Below, piece after piece: positions 11,713 through 23,752 of a DNA stretch of 64,000 nucleotides. Each line of letters begins with the position of its first letter. Position 1 is the first letter of the stretch. A program made the position numbers and the translations under genes. Location of the stretch: contig OW569367.1 in NCBI GenBank assembly GCA_937625935.1, positions 186,001 to 250,000 of the forward strand, given 5' to 3'. Below the pieces are notes generated by a model, which saw nothing but the letters and a program-made list of their open reading frames with translations, had not been told where the DNA came from and made no database searches. This DNA comes from Tetramitus jugosus. Its lineage: Eukaryota > Protista > Heterolobosea.

Positions 11713-13602
11713 CTATGGACCAGTTTCTTGTTGTCCATGTCCTGCTTCACCATCCATGTTGTCGTCTTGAGCTCTTGAAGTCTCGCTCGACACCTTGTCA
11801 CTATTCACAACATTTTCGTTGGAACTAATGCCAACCTCGTTCGTTGTTGACATTGCAACAGAACTCTGATGCTGTGTTGATGTTGTTGCCTGTGTTTCAG
11901 GCTCTGCACTCTGATCATTTGAGGATGAATCTGCTTGAAGTGCATTCTTGAAGGCCTTATTTAGTGTATCGATTGCATCTCTCTCCAGATTCTTTGTGTC
12001 TTCCTCTTGATGGTTAACCAAGTACCAGAGAGATCTCTTTCGTTGCTCTATTAAAACACAAATGAACAAACACAAACACAGAAATACAATAATCAATGTT
12101 AGCTCCAATAGTTTTGTGGCTCCTATTGCTCTCATTTTCAACATACCAATCGTTAGTTGTTGGTAGGGCCACTAAAGAAAGAAAATGTTAGTTATTGTAT
12201 TCAATAAATACAAGTTAGTTCCAAATAATAAAAATGACTTACTCTTCCCATACCGAGATCATAAAACCGTCTAAGCAAGGATCATCATTCGTTTAGTATT
12301 GAGTGAGTATTCACAAGAGAAAATTGAATCATATAAATAAGAACAAATCATGATAAAATACCTTTTCAGTGTTGATAAGCTGCATTGATATTGTATAAAT
12401 TTGTTTGTGAGAAGCTCGTCATTAGCACACATAAACTTGAACACAAAGAACTAAAATAATGATTGTACGTACGATACGCCAAGTAGGCGAGCAGCAAGTG
12501 GCTGAGGTGCATTGAAATATCGCGCCATTTCCTTGTAGGTCAACTCAATTTTTTTCCCCGCTTTGAATACATTTCCCGCGTTTAAGTTGGTCACAGAGTT
12601 TGGTGTTCTTACACTCAAAGGTGTAGCTGGTGTGTTAGGAGTAAGAGAGCTACTGTTGCATGTATGATTGTTATTGTCTTGATTACTGCTATTGTTATTG
12701 TTGTTCGTTGTGTGTTCATTGCTTCCTCCGTCATTGCAAGAGGTTTTTTCGCTTTGTTGACTAGAGCTACTACTGCTTGTTGTGGATGTCGATGACGAAG
12801 AAGAAGACATGACTGATGATGATAATGACGCAGCACTATGATTCACTGAATGAAAGTAGGAACCAGCTGTGATCGAATGACCACCAGGTGGTACTTGCAA
12901 TTGTCGTGTCCGTTGTTGTTGTTGTTGTTGTTGTGATTCGTCTCGATAGTCATGCCCGTGAGCAATTGATGATGATGATGATGATGATGATACAGAAGAA
13001 GAGGTGGCTACTCCTTGATGGTATGCCTGCTGTTGCTGTTGCTGCTGCTGTTGTTGTGACTGTTGCTGCTTTTTGTACTGATAGGTCGTAATATCCTCCA
13101 TTGTATACAATTGCTGCTGCGGTTGTTGCTGTTGTGGTAGCTGCTGTTGTTGCTGCTGTGATTGTGGCTTACTGTCCCCCGAAGTACTTCGTCGTTTTTG
13201 CTTTTGAGAGGAGGAATCATGATGGTGATGAAACTGGTACTGACGAAACTTTTGCTGCTGTTGTTGTTGCTGCAATGGTGGTGGTGGTTGTTGTTGTGTG
13301 TGATGTGAGCTGCGTTGTTGTTGATGCTGCTGTTGATGCTGTTGTTGATTGCTGGACGGTACGACTTGCAAATTATGATTGTTGGATCGGTGATGGTACG
13401 GTGCAGAAGTGTTGCTGTTGTTCGTACGTGATGATGATGATGATTTACCATCCCCTCTGTTGCTGTTGTTGCTATGGTGATTACCCTCATCACTGTTACT
13501 CTGATTGTGACTCGTACGATCACGACCGTTATTGATGGATGGTGTCTCACCGACGATTGGGGTGATGGTGGGACTGGTGGTATGTGTCCCTTCTTTGCTC
13601 AT
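11713..13602 (-). CDS. RWP-RK domain transcription factor; exons 13602-12473, 12379-12362, 12270-12243, 12171-12147, 12047-11713
   Basis: Spliced domain reads ELTYKEMARYFNAPQPLAARLLGVS-LSTLKR-RFYDLGMGR-WPYQQLTIE-QRKR. All junctions are GT..AG and in frame. N-terminus is polyQ/S/N. Confidence 0.85.
12960..13345. repeat. Coding trinucleotide microsatellites (CAA/CAG, TCA) giving polyQ and polyS tracts
   Basis: Visible (tgt/tgc)n and (gat)n runs inside the RWP-RK first exon. Confidence 0.8.
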
Positions 13603-14154
13603 GGGAAGTACGATCAATGAAATCCAAGGTGCGTGATAAATGAAGCGCAGCACAAGTGGATGGATCGTGTGAAAGAAAGCAGTTATTATTGTTTGCTGCT
13701 GGTGGGAGGCTTTGTTTGTCAAGTGGGAGTAAGGTTGTTGTTTTTGTAAACCCCTTGGTCTCTTGGGGCCTATTGTGAATATCTCGTCGTGGCAAGGAGG
13801 GCCGCCAAGCTTGATAACACAAAATGATGTACGAGGGTGGTTTGTTTGTTTTGAAAAGGAAGGACGGACTAGTAGACAGCTTGCGACATCAAGGCGAGCC
13901 GCGAATGTACTCTCTGGTGTTTGGTATACCCAAAAAAAACGGACATTTTATTTGGAAGATAACTCCAAATGAGACAGATGGAAAGTTTCCAGTACTGGAG
14001 CTCATAATGTGATTCACAGTGGATGAATCAATGGATTCATTAGGTTGAAAACAACGAGCTTCAAAGAGATGATATCACCACTGCAGGATAAATACCCATA
14101 TAGCAATGTAAACTTGCGTTAGCCGACATCGAAAGATGAGTTTCGGAGTTTTTT

Positions 14155-14162
14155 TTTGGCGC
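14155..14162 (+). promoter_or_regulatory. E2F-like site TTTGGCGC upstream of RPA1
   Basis: Exact TTTSSCGC consensus about 140 bp before the RPA1 ATG. Confidence 0.5.
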
Positions 14163-14301
14163 CAGATTTTGAGGAACGTTTCTTCAACTTTTTCTGGGAA
14201 AAAAAAAATAACGGAACCGCGACAAAACTTTCGAACAGAAAGCACACAAGCGATTTAACGGCAACAAAAAAGAAACAACAACAATCATACAATCGATAGG
14301 A

Positions 14302-16128
14302 ATGTCTCTCACAGCAAACTCAATTCGCCAATTACAGGATCAACACAAGGATGGCTATGAGCCAATCGTACAAATTGTGGAAGCAAAAGACTCTCAAACA
14401 CTCAGAGTGAAATGTTTGATCAGTGATGGCAAAGAAGCATGCCAGTGCGTCATCAACAAGGACCAGAATGCACCCGTCAAAGAATTTTATTGTATTAGAG
14501 TTTTGGACTCTATTCCCAATAGACTAGCAGGAAGACCTACTCCATTGTTGACAATTCTGAGATATGTAGTTGTTGACACGAACCAAAAGGCAGTGATTGG
14601 AACTCCCACTATTCAAGGTGCCAAGTCCTCTTCTCCTAACCAACAATCACCACCTCAACAGCAACAACAACAAAACCAATACAACAACAATGCCCCAAGA
14701 CAACAACAGTACAGAGCAGGCAATCCAAGGTCAGCGCCACAAGAAGCCTCCATCAATATTAGTGATGCTATGCCAATCTCTGATTTGAACCCATACTCAA
14801 ACAAGTGGGTCATCAAGGCTCGTGTCACCTCCAAGGGACAACTCAAAGAATGGAAGAATAAGACAACAGGTAAAGGTGGTGAGTTATTTTCTGTTGATTT
14901 GCTAGATAATCACAAGGGAGAGATTAGAGCAACTGCATATAACAGCACAGCCAAGAAGTTTTATGATTTGATGCAAGAAGGTTGTGTTTACTACATCAGC
15001 AATGGTAAATTGAAGCACGCAAACAAGAAATTCTCCACATTGAACAACGATTATGAAATTACCTTGGAGGAAAGTTCTGTTGTCCAGCCTGCTGACTCGG
15101 ATGACTCTATTCCAGTGGGCAATTTTAACTTTTGCACTATTGAGGAGATTCAACAAAGGGGTGCTAATGAACTTGTTGATATAACAGCGATTGTTGATGA
15201 CCCAGGTAATGTTGAAAACTTTAGAACCAAGAAAGGAAATGAAACTACCAAGAGACTTGTGAAGCTTGTTGATGGTGAGGGTACAACAATGAGAAGCATT
15301 GACTTGACACTGTGGGGCACTCATGCCGACAGTTGCAACTGGCAAAGAGGTGATTGTGTGTGTGTCAAGGGTGTTCGTACTTCTGACTTCCATGGTGTTA
15401 CATTGAACTCTCTTTTCTCCAGTCAATTTATTGTTAATTCCAACGAATTGGATACAAGCATTGCCCTGCAACAATGGTACAATGACCTCATTCAAACTGG
15501 TGCATCTGTCAACCTTGTTCAAGTGTCTAACCAACAATCGAACCAAAACAAGGCATATAGACCAGTCAACTATCTGACTGATATTACAAAGTACGACTTG
15601 GGTGTTCGTCCAGATGGCAAGCCTGATTTTATTCTCGTCAAGGGTACCGTTTCATTCATCAAGGACACTCCTCTATTCTATCCAGCTTGCCCTAATGAGA
15701 ATTGCAAGGGCAAAAAGGTTGAAAAGGATGAGTACGGAAATGATGGTGGTCAATGGTCTTGCTCCAAGTGTCATCAAAAGTATGACAGCCCAACCTACAG
15801 ATACATTGTCAGCATGAAGATTTCAGATATTACCGGAGAACAGTGGGTTACTGCTTTTAATGATTCTGCTGGTGTAATTTTCAGTGGATGCGATGCCAAT
15901 GAATTGGAAGAATTGAAGAACACAGACATGGAGAGTTTCCAACATATTATTCAGGAAGCATTGTTCAAGCAGTACACGATGAAGCTCAGAATTAGCGAGG
16001 AGACAAGACAGGATTCAAGCGATGGAGGTCCAGCAACCAGAATTAAGGTGCAACTGAGCCAAGCTTATCCAATCAGTTATGTTAGTGAATCCAAGCGTTT
16101 GCTCAATTTGATCAGCAAGGTTGCTTAA
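14302..16128 (+). CDS. RPA1: Replication protein A 70 kDa subunit
   Basis: PISDLNPYSNKWVIKARVTSK, GEIRATAY, LTLWG, C4 zinc finger YPAC..C..KKV..CSKC and ISDITGEQWVTAF. Confidence 0.95.
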   Translation: MSLTANSIRQLQDQHKDGYEPIVQIVEAKDSQTLRVKCLISDGKEACQCVINKDQNAPVKEFYCIRVLDSIPNRLAGRPTPLLTILRYVVVDTNQKAVIGTPTIQGAKSSSPNQQSPPQQQQQQNQYNNNAPRQQQYRAGNPRSAPQEASINISDAMPISDLNPYSNKWVIKARVTSKGQLKEWKNKTTGKGGELFSVDLLDNHKGEIRATAYNSTAKKFYDLMQEGCVYYISNGKLKHANKKFSTLNNDYEITLEESSVVQPADSDDSIPVGNFNFCTIEEIQQRGANELVDITAIVDDPGNVENFRTKKGNETTKRLVKLVDGEGTTMRSIDLTLWGTHADSCNWQRGDCVCVKGVRTSDFHGVTLNSLFSSQFIVNSNELDTSIALQQWYNDLIQTGASVNLVQVSNQQSNQNKAYRPVNYLTDITKYDLGVRPDGKPDFILVKGTVSFIKDTPLFYPACPNENCKGKKVEKDEYGNDGGQWSCSKCHQKYDSPTYRYIVSMKISDITGEQWVTAFNDSAGVIFSGCDANELEELKNTDMESFQHIIQEALFKQYTMKLRISEETRQDSSDGGPATRIKVQLSQAYPISYVSESKRLLNLISKVA

Positions 16129-16385
16129 GTGTCAAGCATGTTGAACTTCATTCATGTACAAAAACGAAATAAACTGTCATTATTATTTATGCTCGCTTCA
16201 AAATTTGTAGACAACTCACTCACAGACTGACAGTTTGTGTGAATCCTCCCGCCAATTTCCTATCGGGCGGAAATTTCGTTGTAAAGGTCGACTAGGCATT
16301 CTTCAAGCAAAACGACAAGCAAATCAATCAATACATCTTTTCATCACACACAACACAGGAAAGCTGATCACGCACCATCAAAAAC

Positions 16386-18239
16386 ATGTCACTCAACTTT
16401 AAAAGAAATAGAATTGATGAACTCCTAAAGGAGGGAACAAAGCACATCCAAGGTGTCGATGATGCTGTCCTAAGAAATTTGGAAGCTGTTGGAAGTTTGG
16501 CTGATATAACACGAACATCAATGGGTCCAAATGGTACGTCAATCAGTCTTGTTGCTTATTATTATCATATTATTTAATTGATCACATGACTCACACAAAC
16601 AATGCTTTATTTGACACCAACAACAACAGGAATGAACAAAATGGTTGTGAATCATCTTGGCAAGCTTTTCGTTACCCATGACTCTGCTACTATTATGAAG
16701 GAATTGGAAGTGATTCATCCTGCTGCTAAGATTGTAGTGTTAGCTTCTGAGGCTCAAGAACAAGAAGTTGGTGACGGTACCAATCTCGTCTTGAGTTTGG
16801 CTGGCGAATTTTTGCGTCAAGCAGAACAATTGTTGAAGATGGGTCTCCACACGAGCGACATTATCACTGGTTACAACTTGGCTGGTCAAAAAGCTTTGGA
16901 ACTTTTGAATGGTAACGTAGTCATTTTAGGATGATGGTGATGCATTCTTGTTTTTTTGTTGAAATGGAACACAATCACACTCACACACACGCTTTTTTCT
17001 GTCCATTTCTTTGTAGAGTTGGCTGTTGAACAAGTGTCTGACTTGAGAAACAAGGACTCTGTTGCTAGAGCTATGAAGGCTGCCATCTCTTCCAAGTTGT
17101 TTGGATATGAAGATTTGTTGGCTGATTTGATTGCTCAAGCCTGTATCGCTGTTTGTCCAAAGAGTTCATTGAGTTTTAATGTAGATAATATTAGAGTTGC
17201 TAAGATTCCTGGAGGCACATTGTCCGACACATTCATTTTGAATGGTTTTGCTTTGACCAGAGACACCCACGGTACTGTCAAGCACATTAAGGGCGCAAAG
17301 GTTGCTGTCTATGGTTGCTCTATCGATGTTTCCTCCACTGAGACAAAGTCTACTGTTTTGATCAAGAATGCTGACGACTTGTTGAATTATAACGTTTCTG
17401 AAGAGAAGGCTATTGAGACTGAAATCAAATCTATTCATGATTCTGGAGTCAATGTTGTTGTCTCTCAAGGAGGATTTGGAGAAATGGCATTGCATTTCTT
17501 TGAAAGATATGGCATTATGGCTATCAAGTGTCCATCCAAGTTTGAGGTCAGAAGACTTTGCAAGGCTATTGGTGCTACCGCTCTTGTTAACGTGCGTGCT
17601 CCAATTGCAGAAGAAGTTGGTCAATGTGAAACTGTTGACGTTAGAGAAATTGGTGATACCAAGGTTGTTTTGTTCAAGCAATATGAAGATGATGACCATG
17701 CTGGTATTGCAACTATTGTTGTTCGTGGTGCCACCAAGAACGTTATGGATGAAGTTGAAAGAGCTGTTGATGATGGTGTCAATGTTTTCAAGAACTTGAC
17801 AAAGGATCCTCGACTTGTGGCTGGTGCTGGTGCTATGGAAGTTGAACTGTCCAGAAAGTTGATCGCCATTGCTGATGAGACTCCAGGACTTGAGCAATAC
17901 GCTATCCGCAAATACGCTGAAAGTTTCCTCGTTGTTCCAAAGACATTGGCTGAAAGCTCTGGCTTCTCTGCAACTGATGCAGTCTCTAACTTGAATGCTG
18001 CTCATCAAGAAGGAAAGACCAACTTTGGTATTGATATCGACTCTGTAGAAGGTTGTGATGCTGTCGAAAGCAGCATTCTCGACGTTTGGGCAACAAAGTT
18101 CTGGGCAATCAAGCTCTCAACTGATGCTGCATTGACCGTGTTGAGCGTAGATCAAATTATTATGGCCAGACCAGCTGGTGGACCAAAGCCTCCAAAGAAG
18201 ACTGGAGACTGGGATGACCAAGGTGAAACTGTGTATTAA
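16386..18239 (+). CDS. CCT8: Chaperonin CCT/TRiC subunit theta (two introns)
   Basis: TSMGPNGMNKMVVNHLGKLFVT, EVGDGTN, FNVDNIRVAKIPGG, VDDGVN and C-terminal DQIIMARPAGGPK. Confidence 0.95.
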
Positions 18240-18287
18240 ATAAACTTCTTAAAATTGACATCTGTATTATTCGCTTTATGTAGTTTG

Positions 18288-19090
18288 TTAGATGAGTACG
18301 TGACCAGAGTCCTGAAGCTCCACATTTGGCAACACAATGTCAACCAACGACGGATCAATATCAGATATATCCGATGTATTCGTCGTCCCCACATTCAAAT
18401 CAATCTGTTGTTGATCATTGTGCTGTTGTTGTCCTGTCGAGAGTTCATGATGGTTGTTTTGTTCTTCGCCTCCATTCAGGTTTCTGGCCAGTGTAGAGTT
18501 CACAATTCTCAACAACTCCACTGTTTCTTCCTCTGCGTATCGAGAGATGCAATTGTCAATCAACAAGTGAACTTCGACCAGTGTTTTCGGAGAACAGTTG
18601 ATGAACTGAATTTTTTCACCCAATGTCAATCCAAAGTGCTCCACTCGCATCAAAAACTCTCTAATATCTTCCTCTGTTTGACACTTTAATCTCGGATACT
18701 GTTTGCAATACATGTGCAAGTTGTTTTCCACAGTGACGAGTTCTTGTGGGAATTCGATACGATCCTTGTGTCTCTGTCTTCTCGACAACCTTTTATTTTC
18801 TCTGATTTGACCCATTCGCTCATTAAAGTGCTTATGAATCACTTTTCGTACTTCATGGTTGGTTAACGGGGTACCATTGACTTCCAATCTATATAAATTT
18901 TGTTCAATGTGCACATGTATGTGTAGGTGTAGGTGTAGGTGCATGCATTTTGTCACACAAAATCAATCATTGATGGTCGTGATAACCATGGCAAAATTGA
19001 TTTCAAAAAAAACGTTCATTCTGTTAGCATATTCCATGTGATCACACAAACACACACGTGAGTGATATTCCATCAATCATACATTTCCAT
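18288..19090 (-). CDS. RPC9: RNA polymerase III subunit RPC9 (C17/CRCP); 8-nt first exon 19090-19083, exon 2 18888-18288
   Basis: Spliced start MEILEVNGTPLTNHEV and HRDC-like LTLGEKIQFIN..P.TLVEVHLLIDNC..R. Confidence 0.8.
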
Positions 19091-19210
19091 TCTTTTTGTC
19101 TTTTGCTCCTCCTTTTTTTTGTTGTTGCTTGTTTGAACTGGCGGTTCAATTGCACAGACGAACCATAATTTTCTTCATCAAAAACTCCTACTCAATAAAA
19201 ACAATCAAAC

Positions 19211-20341
19211 ATGTTGACACAAACAACAGTAACAACAACCGGTAACAATGACCCACGAGTCATTTTATTTTACAAGTACGTGACCATCCATGACCCCCAA
19301 TCCATTGCTCAATGGCAGACACAACTGTGCACAAGCTTAAAGCTAACAGGAAAGATCATTTTGGCATCAGAGGGCATCAATGCTACATTGGCAGGTGATG
19401 ATCGGTCCTCTACCGATGCTTATATACAAGCCATGAAATCTCACGAGTTATTCTGTGATGTTGACTTTAAGGAGTCACCAGGTAGAGGTACCATTGATTT
19501 TGAAGAAAATGGACTTTCGGTGCGAGTGTGTGACGAGATTATCACAACGAGATTTACAAGTGATTTGGAGCAGGTGAGAAGTGCACCTTGTGGCACTCAT
19601 TTGTCACCAGAGGACTTTCATGATGCACTGGTGCGTGAACGATTGGTGTTGACTGAAGATACTAGTGATGCAGGAGCAGTCGTGAATAATGATGTCGATG
19701 GTGGCGGTGCATGCTTGTTGGATGTGAGAAATTTTTACGAGTCAAGAATTGGAAAGTTTGAGAATGCAATTTGTCCTCCGATTCGAGCGTTTAGTCAATT
19801 TGGAGAGTATGTGGATCAAAATTTGGAACAGTTCAAGAATAAGAGAGTGTACATGTATTGTACGGGTGGAATTCGGTGCGAGAGAGCGAGTGCTTACATG
19901 AGGTACAAGGGCATTGAACAAGTGTATCAATTGAAGGGTGGAATTCACAGATATATAGAACAGTTTCCAGAGGGGAAATTCAGAGGAAAGAACTATGTGT
20001 TTGATGAGAGAGGATTCATAAAGTCGAATGATGATGTGATTGCAACGTGTGATGTCTGTAAGGTGACTCCACATGATATTTATCGCTTTTGTTCGAGTGA
20101 GGGATGCCGAACCATTGTCATTGCATGTGACGATTGCTTGGAGAAAAATGAAGGAAAAGCTTACTGCTGTCCAGATTGTGAACAATACGGATGGAAGTAT
20201 ATGAAGGTGCTCAAGCAGAAGGAACATGAAGAACGTATGGAGAAAATGAGGGCATTGAGTCAAGAGAAAAAGAAACAAAGAAAAGCAAACAAGTCCTGCA
20301 ATGCAACAGGCACGATAGGGAAAGTATCAGTTTCATCTTAA
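19211..20341 (+). CDS. TSTD2: TSTD2/TrhO(YceA)-like rhodanese-domain protein
   Basis: ILFYKYV, EGINAT, LLDVRNFYESRIGKF, YCTGGIRCE, LKGGIHRY, GKNYVFDER and a Cys-rich tail. Confidence 0.88.
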   Translation: MLTQTTVTTTGNNDPRVILFYKYVTIHDPQSIAQWQTQLCTSLKLTGKIILASEGINATLAGDDRSSTDAYIQAMKSHELFCDVDFKESPGRGTIDFEENGLSVRVCDEIITTRFTSDLEQVRSAPCGTHLSPEDFHDALVRERLVLTEDTSDAGAVVNNDVDGGGACLLDVRNFYESRIGKFENAICPPIRAFSQFGEYVDQNLEQFKNKRVYMYCTGGIRCERASAYMRYKGIEQVYQLKGGIHRYIEQFPEGKFRGKNYVFDERGFIKSNDDVIATCDVCKVTPHDIYRFCSSEGCRTIVIACDDCLEKNEGKAYCCPDCEQYGWKYMKVLKQKEHEERMEKMRALSQEKKKQRKANKSCNATGTIGKVSVSS

Positions 20342-20365
20342 TCTTACAATAAATAATTATGCCGT

Positions 20366-23285
20366 TTATTTCTCCCACAGAGAAATTACATTTTCAAAAT
20401 TGGGTTGCTGTAATCGCTTGAGCATCTCGAGTGCTGATTTGTCATCTGGTTTTAAGTTCAAGAGACGGTGGAGGGATTCCATTGCCTCGGTTAACAAGCC
20501 TCCTTCTATGTACAGTTTAACTTGGTTTTGGAGTTTGCATATTGCTCGTTGTTCGAGGGAGGATTCATTAGCCATGCAAACCGCCTCATAAATATCCACT
20601 GGAGTTAAAGTTAAGGTTAGAGTTGAATTGTGATACGGAGGAAATACATAAACTGTACTTACAAGGTTGTTTTTTCCCTTTGAGACATACTCTCGAGATC
20701 CATCTACTTAAGATACAATCTTTCACTAGCTCTCTGGTTAGGGGACCTATAAGAACACTAGTGTCATATCTCTCATTGGCATAGGTAAGTCTCGAGGCAA
20801 CATTTACACCGTCACCCACGGCAGTGTAACTCACACGGTTTTGGCATCCAATATTCCCAACGAGACACTCTGACGTGTTTACTCCGATGTTCAACCTTAG
20901 TTGAGGGTATCCCAGCGCTATCCATTTCCTGTTCATTGCAATCAATGAGTTTTGTATCTTCACTGCGGCTCTCACTGCCTTGACCGCATGTTGAGGTACT
21001 GTTATCGGAGCATTGAATAGAGCCATTACTGTGTCTCCCATCTATTGGTTAAATATTGATGAGTAGGTGTTGTTTAATGAAAATAGTGAGAGGGGTGTAC
21101 ATACGAATTTATCAATCATTCCCTGCTCGCTGGATATAGCGTCAGTCAAATCATCCAGTAATATTTGTAAAATTTTCACAATGTTTTCAGGAGAGTTGGA
21201 ATTACAAATCTCTGAAAAGTGGGATATTCGAATAAACATGACAGATATATCTCTATCCTTGACTCCCAACTTTGCAATCTTCTTCTGAATGACCAGTGCT
21301 CGTACAATATCAGCAGGAACATAACTCTCAAAGTTGACTAAAGAATGAAACATTCGTCTCATATCCTTCCACATAAACTCTATTTCATACAAGCCACAGC
21401 TCAATGAATGAAGTTTTAAATTATTAAACTTCATGTTCGTAACTTTCCGAAGTTTCTGGGATATTACTAGTAGAGGTCTTGTGACAATCAAGCCCATAAT
21501 AACAGACAATATGATTATACCACTCATTGCTGGTAGTGATACAATAAGGGCTATTCGTTGTGCTTTGTTCACAGACTCTCTAATCTCAGACCGGAGTGAT
21601 ACAGTTATCATAAACCAGTTGAGATTACTGTCGGGATCAAATCGACTCATCGCAACAATCCAAACGTGATCTACGGAGTCTCGAAACAAGAATTGATCAC
21701 TTCCATTCATATCCAACTTTGATCCAAACTTTTGTGATATGTGTCGAGATGTTTCCTTAATAATAGAGTCTGAATGATTTGTTGCTTTTAACATGGTTCC
21801 ATTTCCAGTCACTGATCCCGAGCTTGAGGCAATGAGAAAGTACGATGCATCGATTACATAGATTCGGGTTGCATGTTCTGTAGTAACAATTGTACTGGAC
21901 AATCCATCTAATGACAGAGTCACCGATGCAACACCAAGGATGTTACTCGAATTGTCATACTGATGATAGGTCATCGCGCCAGTAATAGCCAAAAAAGTAG
22001 GATACGTTTTGGTTAGATAGACTTCTGACCATGTGATACGAGGACTATTTTCCTTGGCATCAATGTACCACTGCCGTTTTGTTGGATAATAATCTTGCAT
22101 TTGAGATATCATTTTACCTGGTCCGGATATACTTGAATTAAATTCGAAGAAAGTGAGGGTTCCATCTCCATCACTTACTGATTGCGTGAAATTTGTTTCA
22201 AACGTACCTCCATTCCAAGGATTTGAAAAGTCATAGTATTGAGACCGAATCTGCGTCGTATACACTCCAACGTAATTGTCCTGTTCATCGGCCATCGAAA
22301 CAATGCTGAATGGAGAATTCTTCAAGAAGCTGTACAATAGGGCAGTCTGTCTCTCTTTGCTCCAATGACCTTCCGGATCTGATATGTTTAGTCCGAACCT
22401 ATCCGAGAATATCAGTTCTTTTGCCATGACATTCAAATTACGCGGACCCAGTGCCATAGCTTCACGAACACAGCCCCGTATCCGTCTCAGAAGAAAGTAT
22501 CGATTGAACGATACAATTTCATCGACAGCCTTCCTTGTTGCATAGTAATTGACTATCCAAACTCCTCCGCCCACGAATAGAGCCACTAGTACGGAACATA
22601 GAACAAAGAGACCAAAAATGGACCATAGGAAACGCAAAGGATACAGCATCTTCATGCAAAATGTTCTCTTTTTCTTTTTCTTTTCCCATTCGATCGAGTA
22701 TAGTCTCTTCCTTCTCGCGATAGCTGTTTGCTCCTGTTCAAGTTGTTGCTTCTCTTGCTGTCCAAAACATCGACTCATTCGCTTCCGCTTCATTTCATTG
22801 ACTGGAGGTTGAATTTCTGTTTCGTTGTGTAGGTTATTCTTCCCGTGGTTGTATACATTATGATTGTGTCCCTTGATATTGTTCGGATAGCTCTCGTTTT
22901 CATTATTAACAATATACTTCATCTCATACGCTGCGCCATTCGCTGAAGAAGAAGGAAGAGGTAAAGAGTATGAGAAGTGAAAAGAGCTCACGTCTTCTTC
23001 TTCCGAATCCTTGCATGGAAGAATGAAGCTGAGGCGATGCGAGTTGAATCGGTCATTCAATTCACGCGTGCGTTGTTGATCACTAGGACTGTCCACAGTA
23101 TTGTTATCATTTTCATTGTTGTCATTGGTTGGACTTTGGCGACGGTTAACTTCAACTTCATCATCCATCGAGTTATCATCAGCTTCATGGACAAAGGAAG
23201 CGACGTTTATGGATGAAGACTCATCACTATCGTCTCGGCATGACAACGATGGAGAGGAATTCTCTGTTCCAGGTGGTGTTGTCAT
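20366..23285 (-). CDS. Receptor-type class III adenylate/guanylate cyclase (TM-CACHE-TM-HAMP-like-cyclase); introns 21042-21104 and 20599-20662
   Basis: YYPTKRQWY...WSEVY (CACHE) between two TM helices, then IDKF|MGDTVMALF, LNIGVN, VGNIG, YTAVGDGVNVASRL and LKGK. Confidence 0.88.
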
Positions 23286-23752
23286 GATTGTTGATCATGC
23301 GGTTATGTGTGAACTAGTTGTGTTTTTTGAGCATCACTGTCCTTTACATGATGAGTGTATTTTGGGCAAAGTCGGGATTCAGATGTATTCACCCGAGATC
23401 ACGCACTTGGGACAAATGGAGTTCTTGTCAGATTATGGGAGTTCCTAGTTCCTCCTGAGCTAATCACATGTTCAATTTGGTTTGGTTCAGAGTGAAAAAT
23501 GTTCGCCCTTTAACTAAACCGTGCACTCTGAGAAGTGGCGTGCATGTTTGTGATAGAGGAGAATCATGGTATGTCATGACTGTGGGTGGTGAATGTGGTC
23601 CTATCTGCACAAGCAACAAAATTGATCATGAGGTGTTATGCAATTATCTATTGAAATGATGGCTGTCGCGGTTCAAGAACAAAAATCTAACAGCGCACTC
23701 CTATTGTGGGACAACATCAAAAATTTATTTGCATTCCGATAATTATCGGACC

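Noticed and set aside
13762-13810. Hairpin cttggggcc...ggccgccaag upstream of the RWP-RK gene
   Set aside because: A single imperfect stem with no ncRNA box motifs; within chance expectation.
16221-16239. Inverted repeat cacagactg-a-cagtttgtg between RPA1 and CCT8
   Set aside because: Short, one mismatch and single occurrence; no function can be assigned.
10229-18008. Long antisense ORFs opposite SHMT, RPA1 and CCT8 (204-280 aa)
   Set aside because: Shadow frames produced by codon bias in conserved genes; no motifs.
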